Assembly: GCA_044223005.1 (NCBI GenBank)
Contig: JBGAML010000006.1
Coordinates: 96,001-160,000 of the forward strand
Reading direction: 5' to 3'
DNA length: 64,000 bases
Origin: Candidatus Eiseniibacteriota bacterium
Lineage (GTDB): Bacteria; Eisenbacteria; RBG-16-71-46
Both the position numbers and the translations under genes were made by a program. Within the stretch, counting starts at the first letter, position 1; each line of letters begins with the position of its first letter. The notes under the pieces are model-generated. The model saw only the letters and a list, made by a program, of their open reading frames with translations, was not told the origin of the DNA and made no database searches. Positions 37,320-47,453 of the stretch are shown here, in pieces.

Positions 37320-40286
37320 ATGTCGTCGCACGCCTCGCATCGTAAGCCGGAACAGCCCCTGGTGGTCCGTCGGTGTTCCGGGTTCTCCTCGTCACCCGCC
37401 GCACTTCTCCTGCTCGTACTCCTATGTGCCATGATTTCCGCGGCCGGGGCAGCATGGGCGGCGGCGACCTCGTGTGGCGTAGACCTCGATAAAGATGGGT
37501 TGGACGACGGCTTCGAGCAACAACTCATCGACTACTACCGGCCGTGGTACTACTTCGATTCTCGCCAGCACAACTCGGACGACAAGTGGCCATCCTCGGT
37601 GACGTGGTACATCAGCCGCTGCAGCCTGCGCTACTACGACGGGCCGCAGGAAGGGGCGAGCTCGCAGGTCGTGTATACGGCCGCCCAGTTGGCTGCGAAC
37701 CCCCTCCTCGTACTCCAGGGCGGCAACGGCGTGAGGCCGAGCTCGAATCGCGCGGATGCCGGTGCGGACGCCAAGAGCACTTATCGCCTGGACCTTCCGG
37801 ACGGGCCGGGAATAGGCGAAGGGCCGAACGCACATACCGGAACTTATGCCAGGGTCGATCTCGCGGGGACGACGGATTCGCCCGAGATCCTCGTCCAATA
37901 CATGCAGTTCTACCCGTACAACGATTTCCAAGATGCCCCAGGCGCGGGAGACCACGAGGCCGATTGGACGTTCCTCGAGGTCTACCTGCAGCCTCGAGCC
38001 CCGTTCGGCGTGCTTCGTTACGTGTTCCACCACCACGGCGACAGCAACTGTGCCGCCACGACGGTTTCAGGCAGCTACTTCGCCCAGTCGTACGGCGATT
38101 CGATTCCGCGTTGTTACATCGAGGAGGACGAGCACGAGTGGTGGCCGTTCCCTGGCGACAATGAATGCAGTTTCGCCATCTGGGACAACGCCTCGCACGA
38201 TGGACAGGGTGTGCGCTACCGCTCCGAGAACGTGCGGAACATCGGCGAGTATGGGAATCCCATGCCCGACCCCGAATCCCAGATCATCGTGAACTACAAT
38301 GGTCGCTGGGGAAACACGCTCGAATCCATCAGCATCGTCGGGTTCGACGTCTATCAGTGGGAGTCCCCGCACGGCCCACCTTTCCAGCACGCCTTCGGGG
38401 GGCCGACATGCCTCTCGACGCCGCTGAACTGGCCGGCCGACGGGACGCAGTGCACTTCGGTGACCCCGGCGCTCCGTTGGAGCGCGAATCCGTTGGCTTC
38501 CGGGTACCGAGTACAGGTTTCGACGAATCCGGCGTTCGGAGCCAGCGTCGTCGTCGACCAGCTGCTCTGCGGTGCGGTGACGTCGACGACGGTGCCGGGC
38601 CTCGCCCCGGAGCGCACCTACTTCTGGCGGGTCCTGACTCAGCCGGAGACCTGTGGAGGGAGCAACAGTTCTCCGACACGCGAGTTCACGACCGGTCCCG
38701 TGCCACCGCTGGCGACGACGCTTCTGGCGCCCGCGTCGGGTGCAGCGGAGCCGGGCGACGACGTGATGTTGCGCTGGAAGAGCGTCGCAGGTGCATCGTC
38801 CTACCGGGTCACCCTCCGCTGCAGCGGCGGTGACACGGTCGTGGACACCCTTGTGCCGGGACTGAGCCTGGCGAGCGTGCTGGCTCCGGCAGCCTATGCT
38901 TGGAGCGTGTCCGCGATTTCGACCGCCGGCGCGTGCAGCGCGACCGGTCCCGCATCACCCACCTGGAGCTTCACCGTCGGCTCTGGAGTACCTCTGCCGA
39001 GCCCGGTGCTCCTTACTCCGCTCGACGGGAGTGCGTGCCAGCCGGCTTCGGGCACGTTGCGGTGGCAGCCGACAGCCGGAGCGACGGGGTACTACGTTCG
39101 GTTGGAAAGGCACCGCTGCGACGCGCGGGGCGAGTATCACGTCAGCGAACCACATTTCGAGTTCTCGAACATCCAGGTGGCGCCGGACTGGACATGGAGC
39201 GTTCGAGACGACAGGCCGTGCTCTTCCTATTCGGAGTGCAGGACCTTCGCGGTCGTCGACTCCGCGCGCCGCCCGCACGAGCCGAAGCTGTCGAGCCCTG
39301 AAGACTTCGCGACCGAGCAGCCGCTCTCGGGACGACTCGTGTGGGAGCGAATTCCCGAGGCGGCATCCTACCGCGTACGGCTGGGGGGCTCGTGCGACAG
39401 CGTCCGGACGTGGGACGTCGATACGACGTTCTTCGACTATTCCGGCCTGGCCGAAGGCTCGAGCTACGCCTGGAGCGTCAGTGCGATCAACGAATGCGGT
39501 GTGCTCTCCGACCTGAGGTTCTGCCGAACCTTCACGACGGAACGCCTCTCGGGAATCGATCGGGTCTTCTTGCCCTCCGGCCTCACCTTCCCGCCTGGAG
39601 CCACTGGCATCACGATTCCCGTACTCGCCGAGAACCTTACGGGGCTTCGCCGCGTCAGCGTGGAGGTGAAGTTCGACCCACGGATCCTCACCTACAAGGG
39701 GGCCTCGGTGAACGGAACTCGCGGAGTGGACGGCAGGACCCGCATTCACGGAGACGGGCGGAACGGACTCATCTCCGTCGACATCGATTACCCGGCCGGA
39801 ACGACGTGCGCTCAGGCTCTCGAGGCTGGGGTCGGGCCGGTGCTCCTTCTGGGGTTCGATGTGGCCGCCAGCGCTTCGCAGGGGGCGACGACGGTGTCGT
39901 TCCACCAGGCGACCTTCGTGCCGTGCTCGGAAACGTCCATCGCGCCCCGGCGCTTCGATCAGGCGATCTCGATCCGCGGGACCACCGGTGTCGATCCTCG
40001 CGCCGATCTCGCCTTCGCCCTCGAACGGCCGCAGCCTAATCCGACTTCTGGGCCCGCTCGCTTGACGTTTGCGCTCCCGGAGTATTCCGACGCGGACGTC
40101 TCCGTATTCGACATCGCGGGCAAGCGAGTCGCGACGCTGGCGCATGGGCCGTTCCCGGCGGGGCGACACTCGGTGACGTGGAACTCCAGCGATCGTGACG
40201 GTCGACGAGTCGCCAATGGCATCTACTTCGTCCGGCTCTCGGGTGGAGGCCGAGTTGCTGCGACTCGGGTCATCGTGGCGCGCTGA
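37320..40286 (+). CDS. Secreted modular protein: Vps62/DUF946-like domain, 4 FN3-like repeats, cohesin-like domain, FlgD-Ig/T9SS-like C-terminus; lower GC
   Basis: Signal peptide; QYMQFYPYND, GDHEADW, YNGRWG, SPHGP; four L..P.D/G...L.W....A..Y.V repeats; ITIPV...VKFDPRILTY; NPTSG...FDIAGKRVATL...GIYFVRL. Confidence 0.75.
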   Translation: MSSHASHRKPEQPLVVRRCSGFSSSPAALLLLVLLCAMISAAGAAWAAATSCGVDLDKDGLDDGFEQQLIDYYRPWYYFDSRQHNSDDKWPSSVTWYISRCSLRYYDGPQEGASSQVVYTAAQLAANPLLVLQGGNGVRPSSNRADAGADAKSTYRLDLPDGPGIGEGPNAHTGTYARVDLAGTTDSPEILVQYMQFYPYNDFQDAPGAGDHEADWTFLEVYLQPRAPFGVLRYVFHHHGDSNCAATTVSGSYFAQSYGDSIPRCYIEEDEHEWWPFPGDNECSFAIWDNASHDGQGVRYRSENVRNIGEYGNPMPDPESQIIVNYNGRWGNTLESISIVGFDVYQWESPHGPPFQHAFGGPTCLSTPLNWPADGTQCTSVTPALRWSANPLASGYRVQVSTNPAFGASVVVDQLLCGAVTSTTVPGLAPERTYFWRVLTQPETCGGSNSSPTREFTTGPVPPLATTLLAPASGAAEPGDDVMLRWKSVAGASSYRVTLRCSGGDTVVDTLVPGLSLASVLAPAAYAWSVSAISTAGACSATGPASPTWSFTVGSGVPLPSPVLLTPLDGSACQPASGTLRWQPTAGATGYYVRLERHRCDARGEYHVSEPHFEFSNIQVAPDWTWSVRDDRPCSSYSECRTFAVVDSARRPHEPKLSSPEDFATEQPLSGRLVWERIPEAASYRVRLGGSCDSVRTWDVDTTFFDYSGLAEGSSYAWSVSAINECGVLSDLRFCRTFTTERLSGIDRVFLPSGLTFPPGATGITIPVLAENLTGLRRVSVEVKFDPRILTYKGASVNGTRGVDGRTRIHGDGRNGLISVDIDYPAGTTCAQALEAGVGPVLLLGFDVAASASQGATTVSFHQATFVPCSETSIAPRRFDQAISIRGTTGVDPRADLAFALERPQPNPTSGPARLTFALPEYSDADVSVFDIAGKRVATLAHGPFPAGRHSVTWNSSDRDGRRVANGIYFVRLSGGGRVAATRVIVAR

Positions 40287-40312
40287 CTCGAAGCCGTTCC
40301 CGGGTTCCAAGC

Positions 40313-40350
40313 CCGAGCGCCCCGCGACATTCGTCGAGGGGCGCTCGGTT
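40313..40350. terminator. Hairpin between convergent genes
   Basis: CCGAGCGCCCC-G-CGAC-ATTC-GTCG-A-GGGGCGCTCGG. Confidence 0.55.
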
Positions 40351-40426
40351 CGAAGCGTACGGGAGGTTTCCGCCGACGGCGCGCCCGAGGGGCCACCTCG
40401 CGCGCCGGGCCCGGCGGATGCGGCGA

Positions 40427-40684
40427 TCAGCGCGGGGGAGGCGTGCAGGGGAAGCAGCCGCCGCAACTCGAGTACTTCGTCTTCATGCCCCACGCCACGG
40501 GGTTGTTGCAGCAGTCGTAGCCGAACTGCCCCACGATCGTGGTGTGCGCCGCGTTGCTGTAGTACGTGCAGTTCGACGCGGCACGCGCCGCTCCGCCCGA
40601 CAGGGCGGCGAGCGCGACGACGCCGAGCAGCGCGACGCCGATGATTCCGAACAGCAGCCTGCCTTCTCCGGATCGAGTGCTCAT
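40427..40684 (-). CDS. Small secreted Cys-rich protein (DUF6289-like, 85 aa)
   Basis: AAAGGAG RBS; signal peptide ending ARA; mature ASNCTYYSNAAHTTIVGQFGYDCCNNPVAWGMKTKYSSCGGCFPC. Confidence 0.75.
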   Translation of the reverse strand: MSTRSGEGRLLFGIIGVALLGVVALAALSGGAARAASNCTYYSNAAHTTIVGQFGYDCCNNPVAWGMKTKYSSCGGCFPCTPPPR

Positions 40685-41052
40685 GGGGAGGGCTCCTTTC
40701 CGGTTCGGGATGCCGGCGCGGCGTTTCCGCTCCGGTGGGGGCAGGCTAGCGCGGCGCGTTCGCATCGCCACCGGTGACCGTCCGCGCCGCCCTGAGAGCG
40801 CGGGATCGTGTTTGGCGACACTTCATTGCCGCAGCGTTCCGGAACGCGCGCGATGTCCACCTGCGCACCCCTTGACACTCTGTCGCGCGACCGGTGACAC
40901 TGCGGCGCCGCTCGCCCGAGGCCGCGCATTCCCGACCCCGGAATCGCACGTGGCGAGCTCGTCGCACTACATTGTGAATCTTGGCGCAAGGCGGATTCGC
41001 GCGAGCCGCGGACCGTCGCCGACGCCCTCACGCCCGACACGGGAGGTGGCGT

Positions 41053-41805
41053 TTGCTGCAGGTCGTTTGCATCAAGCAGGTTCCCGACACCGAGACGCGC
41101 GTCAAGGTGGCCGGGGACGGACGCACGCTGGACCCGGCGGGCGTGACGTGGGTGATGAATCCCTACGACGAGTTCGCCGTCGAAGCGGCGCTCCAGCTGA
41201 AGGAGAAGGCCGGCGCGGGCGAGGTCGTCGCGGTGGCCCTGGGTGGCGCGGGCGTGCAGACGACGCTGCGCACGGCGCTCGCCATGGGCGCGGACCGCGC
41301 GATCCACTTGAAGAGCGACACCGCGCAGCCGGACGGGCTCGCGGTCGCGAAGGCGATCGCCGCGGCCGTGAAGCCGCTCGCGCCCTCGCTCGTCTGGCTC
41401 GGCAAGTCGGCCGCGGACGACGACGCGGCGCAGGTCGGGCCGATGCTGGCGACGCTGCTCGGGCTGCCGTGCGTGACGGTGGCGGCCTCGTTCGAGCTCG
41501 CCGGCGAGACGGCGAAGGTCGAGCGCGAGATCGAAGGCGGGCGCGAGGTGGTCGAGCTGCCGCTGCCCTGCGTGATCACCGCGGACAAGGGCCTCAACTC
41601 GCCGCGCTACGCCTCGCTCAAGGGCATCATGGCGGCGAAGAAGAAGACGATCGAGGAAGTGGCGGCCGACCTGGGCTCGCCCAACCTCGAGCTGGTCTCG
41701 CTCGAACTGCCCCCGGCGCGTGCCGCGGGCCGCATCGTCGGTGAGGGCGCGGCGGCCGTGCCCGAGCTCGTTCGCGCCCTGCGCGACGAAGCCAAGGTCA
41801 TCTGA
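41053..41805 (+). CDS. etfB: Electron transfer flavoprotein beta subunit (TTG start)
   Basis: GGAGG RBS before TTG; VCIKQVPD, MNPYDEFAVEAAL, ALAMGADRA, PRYASLKGIMAAKKK. Confidence 0.95.
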   Translation: MLQVVCIKQVPDTETRVKVAGDGRTLDPAGVTWVMNPYDEFAVEAALQLKEKAGAGEVVAVALGGAGVQTTLRTALAMGADRAIHLKSDTAQPDGLAVAKAIAAAVKPLAPSLVWLGKSAADDDAAQVGPMLATLLGLPCVTVAASFELAGETAKVEREIEGGREVVELPLPCVITADKGLNSPRYASLKGIMAAKKKTIEEVAADLGSPNLELVSLELPPARAAGRIVGEGAAAVPELVRALRDEAKVI

Positions 41806-41817
41806 GGGGGCGCGCAC

Positions 41818-42786
41818 ATGAGCATCCTGGTCTTCATCGAGCAGCGCGAGGGGCAGGTTCGCCCCGTGTCGCGCGAAGCGCTGGGCGAAGCGACGCGGCT
41901 GGCCGCGACGCTGGGCGGCCCGGTGGTGGGAGTGTGCTGCGCGCCGTCCGATCCGGGCCTCGCGGCGATGGGCGAAGCCGGCGCGGACAAGGTCCTGCTC
42001 GCGACGCACGAGGCGTTCGCGCACTACGACGCGGCCGGTGCCGCGGCGGCGGTGGCCGCGGCCGTGAAGGCGGTCGGCCCGGCGGCGGTGCTGTTCCCGG
42101 CCTCCGCGATGGGCAAGGACCTCGCGCCGCGCGTCGCGGCGCTCTGCGGCGTGGGCCTCGCGTCCGACTGCACCGCGCTCGCCGCGGACGGCGGCAAGCT
42201 GGTCGCGACGCGGCCGGTTTACGCGGGCAAGGCGTTGCAGAAGGTGGCGTTCACGGCCGCGCCGGCCATGGTGTCGCTGCGGCCCAAGATGTTCGCCGCC
42301 GCCGCGCCGCAGGCCGGCAAGTCTGCGGCGGTCGAGCCGCTCGCGTTCACGTGGGACGCCTCGGCGCCGCGCGCGAAGGTGACGGGCATCGCCGGCGCCA
42401 AGGGCGGCAAGGCGGACGTCACCGAGGCCGAGATCGTGGTCTCGGGTGGCCGCGGCATGAAGGGCCCCGAGCACTTCGCGCTGCTCGAGGAACTCGCGGA
42501 CGTGCTCGGCGCGAGTGTGGGCGCCTCGCGCGCCGTCGTCGACGCCGGTTGGCGGCCGCACGGCGAGCAGGTGGGGCAGACCGGCAAGGTCGTCGCACCC
42601 AAGCTCTACGTCGCGGTCGGCATCAGCGGTGCGATCCAGCACCTGGCCGGCATGACGTCGTCGCGCTGCATCGTCGCGATCAACAAGGACCCGGACGCCC
42701 CGATCTTCAAGGTCTCCGACTACGGCATCGTCGGCGACCTGTTCGAGGTGGTTCCGGCACTGACGGCGGCACTGAAGTCGAGGTGA
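41818..42786 (+). CDS. etfA: Electron transfer flavoprotein alpha subunit
   Basis: [49 protein letters not shown]. Confidence 0.97.
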   Translation: MSILVFIEQREGQVRPVSREALGEATRLAATLGGPVVGVCCAPSDPGLAAMGEAGADKVLLATHEAFAHYDAAGAAAAVAAAVKAVGPAAVLFPASAMGKDLAPRVAALCGVGLASDCTALAADGGKLVATRPVYAGKALQKVAFTAAPAMVSLRPKMFAAAAPQAGKSAAVEPLAFTWDASAPRAKVTGIAGAKGGKADVTEAEIVVSGGRGMKGPEHFALLEELADVLGASVGASRAVVDAGWRPHGEQVGQTGKVVAPKLYVAVGISGAIQHLAGMTSSRCIVAINKDPDAPIFKVSDYGIVGDLFEVVPALTAALKSR

Positions 42787-42796
42787 CAAACGACAT

Positions 42797-42837
42797 GGGG
42801 ACCGTCGCTTGACGGTCCCCACGGCTCCACCTAGGGT
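42797..42837 (+). promoter_or_regulatory. sigma70-like nuo promoter whose -35 overlaps a 10-bp inverted repeat
   Basis: TTGACG-N17-TAGGGT (42809-42837); GGGGACCGTC-GCTT-GACGGTCCCC (42797-42820). Confidence 0.6.
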
Positions 42838-42888
42838 GCGGGGTTGGGCGCATGGAGCGCCTTCCCTCGTAACGGAAACGGGTCTCGC

Positions 42889-43242
42889 ATGCTCGCGTAC
42901 TTGCCCCTGTTGCTGTTCGTGATCGTCGGGCTCGGGTTCGGCGCGGTGACGATCGGGTTGTCGACGTTCATCGTCCCCCGGCGCACGAATCCGGTGAAGT
43001 CCTCGGCCTACGAGTGCGGCGTGGAACCCGTCGGCAACGCCCGCGGCCGCTTCTCGGTGAAGTTCTACCTCGTGGCCGTGCTCTTCATCCTCTTCGACAT
43101 CGAAGCGGTGTTCCTCTACCCGTGGGCCGTGTCGTTCAAGATGCTCGGCCTGTACGGGCTGATCGAGATGATCCTGTTCATCGCGATCCTGCTCGCCGGC
43201 TACGTCTACCTGCTCCAGAAGCGGGCGCTCGAATGGGATTGA
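42889..43242 (+). CDS. nuoA: NADH-quinone oxidoreductase subunit A
   Basis: [29 protein letters not shown]. Confidence 0.96.
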   Translation: MLAYLPLLLFVIVGLGFGAVTIGLSTFIVPRRTNPVKSSAYECGVEPVGNARGRFSVKFYLVAVLFILFDIEAVFLYPWAVSFKMLGLYGLIEMILFIAILLAGYVYLLQKRALEWD

Positions 43243-43294
43243 GCGTGCCCGCGCTGCGGCAGATCCCGTCCTCCCGAGGCCGAGAGGTGTCCCG

Positions 43295-43909
43295 ATGACC
43301 GATTCGCGCGATCCGCAGGGCTTCCGCACGCTCGCGAAGCCCGCCCCGGCCGACTCCGCCCTCGTCATGCCGAAGTCCGAGGCGGAGAGCCTGGAGGAAG
43401 AGGTCCAGCGCGGCGTGATCTTCACCACGGTCGAGTCCATGGTGAACTGGGCCGTCAACAACGCGCGCGCCAACAGCATCTGGCCGATGAGCTTCGGCCT
43501 CGCGTGCTGCGCGATCGAGATGATGGCGATCGCCGGCCCGCGCTTCGACATCTCGCGCTTCGGCGCCGAGGTGTACCGCGGCTCCCCGCGCCAGGCCGAC
43601 CTCATGATCGTGGCCGGCCGCGTGTCCATCAAGATGGCGCCGGTCGTGCGCCAGCTCTACGAGCAGATGACCGACCCCAAGTGGGTCATCTCGATGGGCG
43701 CCTGCGCGTCGTGCGGCGGCGTGTTCAACAACTACGCGATCCTCCAGGGCGTGGATCGGGTCGTGCCGGTGGACGTCTACGTGCCCGGCTGCCCGCCGCG
43801 TCCCGAAGGCCTCATCTACGGCATCATGAAGCTGCAGGAGAAGATCCTCGCCTCGAAGCCGGAGCTGGGGCCGTTCCCGCGCAAGCGCAAAGCGAAGGGA
43901 GCCGCCTGA
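43295..43909 (+). CDS. nuoB: NADH-quinone oxidoreductase subunit B
   Basis: [31 protein letters not shown]. Confidence 0.97.
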   Translation: MTDSRDPQGFRTLAKPAPADSALVMPKSEAESLEEEVQRGVIFTTVESMVNWAVNNARANSIWPMSFGLACCAIEMMAIAGPRFDISRFGAEVYRGSPRQADLMIVAGRVSIKMAPVVRQLYEQMTDPKWVISMGACASCGGVFNNYAILQGVDRVVPVDVYVPGCPPRPEGLIYGIMKLQEKILASKPELGPFPRKRKAKGAA

Positions 43910-44472
43910 TGGCGCTCAATCCCGAACGGGTCGAGGAGCGGCTGCGCGAGCGCTTCCCGGGCGTGGCGTTCGAACGCCAGGTCGGCGAAGCGGTGCGCGA
44001 CTACACGCTCTATGTCCCGGCCGAATCGCTCGTCGAGGTCTGCACGTTCCTGCGCGACGACGCCGAGCTGCGGTTCGCGATGCTGCCGTGGATGGGTGGC
44101 GCCGACTACCTGCCGCGCGTGCCGCGCTACGAGACGATCTACAACCTGCTCTCGCTCGAGCACGCGACGCGCTTCACGCTGAAGGTGCGCATCGGCGACG
44201 AGAACCCGCGCGTGCCCTCGGTCGTGTCCGTGTGGCCGACCGCCAACTGGCACGAGCGCGAGACGTACGACTTCTACGGCATCGAGTTCACCGGCCATCC
44301 GGACCTGACGCGCATCCTGCTGCCCGAGGACTGGCAGGGCTGGCCGCTGCGCAAGGACTCGCCGCTCGGCTACGAGGAAGTGGCGTTCACGCACAACACG
44401 CCCGGGCGCACGGTGCCGAACCCGGCGCTCAAGAAGCTGGCCCCGAAGAAGGTCAAGTACCGTGCGCAATGA
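43909..44472 (+). CDS. nuoC: NADH-quinone oxidoreductase subunit C
   Basis: ANWHERETYDFYGIEFTGHPDLTRILLP, PLRKD. Confidence 0.95.
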   Translation: MALNPERVEERLRERFPGVAFERQVGEAVRDYTLYVPAESLVEVCTFLRDDAELRFAMLPWMGGADYLPRVPRYETIYNLLSLEHATRFTLKVRIGDENPRVPSVVSVWPTANWHERETYDFYGIEFTGHPDLTRILLPEDWQGWPLRKDSPLGYEEVAFTHNTPGRTVPNPALKKLAPKKVKYRAQ

Positions 44473-45643
44473 GACCCTGACGCTGAACATGGGGCCGCAG
44501 CACCCGTCGACGCACGGCGTGCTCCGCGTGGCCCTCGAGCTGGACGGCGAGACGATCGTCCGCTGCAAGCCCGTCATCGGCTACCTGCACACGGGCATGG
44601 AGAAGCAGGCCGAGTACAAGACGTACACGCAGTCCATCCCGCAGACCGACCGGATGGACTACATCTCGCCGCTCTCCAACAACCTCGCGTTCTGCCTCGG
44701 CGTCGAGAAGCTGCTCGGAATCGAGCCGCCCGCGCGCGTGCAGGCGATCCGCGTCCTGCTCACCGAACTGACCCGTATCTCCTCGCACGCGGTCTGGATG
44801 GGCACGCACGCCATCGACCTCGGGGCGCTGACCGTGTTCTGGTACACGTTCCGCGAGCGCGAGAAGATCCTCAGCATCTACGAGCAGGTGAGCGGCGCGC
44901 GCATGACGGCGTCGTACTTCCGCGTCGGCGGCCTGGCCATGGACATCCCGGACGGCCTGCTCGAGCGCTGCGAGAAGTTCGTCGACGAGATGCCGGCGCA
45001 CATCGACGAGTACGAGAGCCTGCTCACGAAGAACCCGATCTGGCTCGCGCGCACGCAGGGCGTCGCGAAGGTCTCCGCGGCCGACGCGATCGCGTGGGGG
45101 CTCACGGGCCCGGTGCTGCGCGGCTCGGGCGTGAACTACGACCTGCGCAAGAACGAGCCGTACTCGGGCTACGAGACGTACGACTTCGACGTCCCGACGG
45201 GCAAGAACGGCGACGCGTACGACCGCTACCAGGTCCGCGTCCAGGAGATGCGCGAGTCGACGAAGATCGCGAAGCAGGCGATCGCGCGCATCCGCGAGCT
45301 GGGCGAGAAGGGCCCGTACCGCGTCCGCGACTTCAAGTACGTGCTGCCCGAGAAGTCGGAGGTCAAGACCTCGATGGAGGCCCTGATCCACCACTTCAAG
45401 ATCGTGGCGCACGGCTTCTTCCCGCCGGCCGGCGAGGCCTATGCGGCGGTCGAGGCGCCCAAGGGCGAGCTCGGCTTCTACTTCGTCAGCGACGGTACCG
45501 CGCGCCCGTGGCGCATGAAGGTGCGCTCGCCCTCGTTCATCAACCTGCAGGGTCTGCCGCTCATGACCGAAGGCGGACTGATCGCCGACGTGATCGCGGC
45601 GATCGGCAGCATCGACATCGTGCTCGGTGAGGTGGATCGATGA
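44462..45643 (+). CDS. nuoD: NADH-quinone oxidoreductase subunit D
   Basis: NMGPQHPSTHGVLR, GYLHTGMEK, EAPKGELG, SIDIVLGEVDR. Confidence 0.97.
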   Translation: MRNETLTLNMGPQHPSTHGVLRVALELDGETIVRCKPVIGYLHTGMEKQAEYKTYTQSIPQTDRMDYISPLSNNLAFCLGVEKLLGIEPPARVQAIRVLLTELTRISSHAVWMGTHAIDLGALTVFWYTFREREKILSIYEQVSGARMTASYFRVGGLAMDIPDGLLERCEKFVDEMPAHIDEYESLLTKNPIWLARTQGVAKVSAADAIAWGLTGPVLRGSGVNYDLRKNEPYSGYETYDFDVPTGKNGDAYDRYQVRVQEMRESTKIAKQAIARIRELGEKGPYRVRDFKYVLPEKSEVKTSMEALIHHFKIVAHGFFPPAGEAYAAVEAPKGELGFYFVSDGTARPWRMKVRSPSFINLQGLPLMTEGGLIADVIAAIGSIDIVLGEVDR

Positions 45644-46149
45644 GCCACACCCCCGTGATGCCGATCGACGCCCCGTCGATCCCCGACTGGCCGCAGGACC
45701 TGAAGGCCGAGGTGGCCGAAGCGATCTCGCACTACCCGGTGAAGCGATCGGCCGTGCTGCCGCTGCTCTGGATCGCGCAGCGCCGCTGGGGCTGGCTGCC
45801 GCCGGACGCGATGCGCCTCGTGGCGCGCACGCTCGAGCTCGACGAACCGTTCGTGTTCGGCGTCGCGACGTTCTACACCATGTTCAACCTGAAGCCCGTC
45901 GGCCGGCATCATCTTCAAGTCTGCATGACGCTGTCGTGCTCGCTGATGGGTTCCGACCGGCTCTTCAAGCACCTCGAGAAGAAGCTCGGGGTCGGTCACG
46001 GCGAGACGACGCCCGACGGCCGCTTCACGCTGCGCCGGGTCGAGTGCCTCGCGGCCTGCGGCGGCGGCCCGTGCATGCAGGTCAACCTCGACTATCACGA
46101 GAACCTCGACGAGGCGAAGGTGGACGCCCTCCTGGAGAAGCTCAAGTGA
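45640..46149 (+). CDS. nuoE: NADH-quinone oxidoreductase subunit E
   Basis: VATFYTMF, VCMTLSC, ECLAAC (N1a ligands). Confidence 0.96.
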   Translation: MSHTPVMPIDAPSIPDWPQDLKAEVAEAISHYPVKRSAVLPLLWIAQRRWGWLPPDAMRLVARTLELDEPFVFGVATFYTMFNLKPVGRHHLQVCMTLSCSLMGSDRLFKHLEKKLGVGHGETTPDGRFTLRRVECLAACGGGPCMQVNLDYHENLDEAKVDALLEKLK

Positions 46150-47453
46150 GCCGCGGCCCGCTGCTGTTCAAGGACATCGACACGCCCGGCCTGGCGACGC
46201 TGGACGTCTACCGGAAGCAGGGTGGCTACGCGACGCTCGCCGAGACGATCGGCAAGAAGCAGCCCGACGAAGTCATCGAGATCGTGAAGGCCTCCGGCCT
46301 GCGCGGCCGTGGCGGTGCCGGGTTCCCGGCCGGCCTCAAGTGGAGCTTCGTGCCCAAGAACTCGCCGAAGCCCAAGTACATCGTCTGCAACGCCGACGAG
46401 TCGGAGCCGGGCACGTTCAAGGACCGCGAGCTGATGGAGCTGAACCCGCACCTGCTGATCGAGGGCATGATCCTCGCCGGCTACGCGATCGGCTCGCACG
46501 CGGGCTACATCTACTTCCGCGGCGAGTTCGCGTACGTGCAGGCCATCGTCGACAAGGCGATCGCCGAGGCGCGCGCCGCCGGACTGCTCGGCGACGACGT
46601 CGCGGGCACCGGCTACGCGTTCCAGCTGCACACGCACCTCGGCGCGGGCGCCTACATCTGCGGCGAGGAGACGGCGCTGCTCAGCTCGCTCGAGGGCTTC
46701 CGCGGCCAGCCGCGCCTCAAGCCGCCGTTCCCCGCGGTCGAAGGCCTCTACGCCTGCCCGACCGTCGTGAACAACGTCGAGACGATCATGAACGTGCCGC
46801 ACATCGTGAAGAACGGCGGCGCGTGGTACCGGCAGTGGGGCACCGAGAAGAGCGCGGGCACCAAGGTGCTCAGCGTCTCCGGACCCGTGAAGCGCCCGGG
46901 CAACTACGAGATCGCACTCGGCATGCCGCTGCGCGAGCTGATCGAGTCGCCGAAGTACTGCGGCGGCATGCGCGACGGGATGAAGGTGAAGGGCGTGATC
47001 CCCGGCGGCTCGTCGGTGCCGATCCTGCCCGCATCGCTGCTCGACACGGGCCTCGACTACGAGTCGATGAACGCGGCCGGCACGTTCCTGGGTTCGGGCG
47101 CGGTGATCGTGATCGACGACCAGACCTGCGTGGTGGACTCGCTGTGGAACCTGATCCGGTTCTACGCGCACGAGTCGTGCGGCAAGTGCACGCCGTGCCG
47201 CGAGGGCACCTACTGGATGACCGAGATTCTCGAGCGGCTCGAGCGCGGCGAAGGCCGCGAGCGCGACATCGACCTGCTCGGCGACATCGCGGACAACATC
47301 CTCGGGAAGTCGTTCTGCGCGCTCGGCGACGCGGCCGCGATGCCGGTGCAGGGCATGCTCAAGCACTTCCGCGAGGAGTTCGAGTACCACGTCACGCACA
47401 AGCGCTGCAAAGTGAACCGCCGCCGGCAGGCGGGGATGGAGGTGCCGGCGTGA
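46146..47453 (+). CDS. nuoF: NADH-quinone oxidoreductase subunit F
   Basis: GLRGRGGAGFP, NADESEPG, GAYICGEETAL, HESCGKCTPCREG, FCALGD. Confidence 0.97.
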   Translation: MSRGPLLFKDIDTPGLATLDVYRKQGGYATLAETIGKKQPDEVIEIVKASGLRGRGGAGFPAGLKWSFVPKNSPKPKYIVCNADESEPGTFKDRELMELNPHLLIEGMILAGYAIGSHAGYIYFRGEFAYVQAIVDKAIAEARAAGLLGDDVAGTGYAFQLHTHLGAGAYICGEETALLSSLEGFRGQPRLKPPFPAVEGLYACPTVVNNVETIMNVPHIVKNGGAWYRQWGTEKSAGTKVLSVSGPVKRPGNYEIALGMPLRELIESPKYCGGMRDGMKVKGVIPGGSSVPILPASLLDTGLDYESMNAAGTFLGSGAVIVIDDQTCVVDSLWNLIRFYAHESCGKCTPCREGTYWMTEILERLERGEGRERDIDLLGDIADNILGKSFCALGDAAAMPVQGMLKHFREEFEYHVTHKRCKVNRRRQAGMEVPA

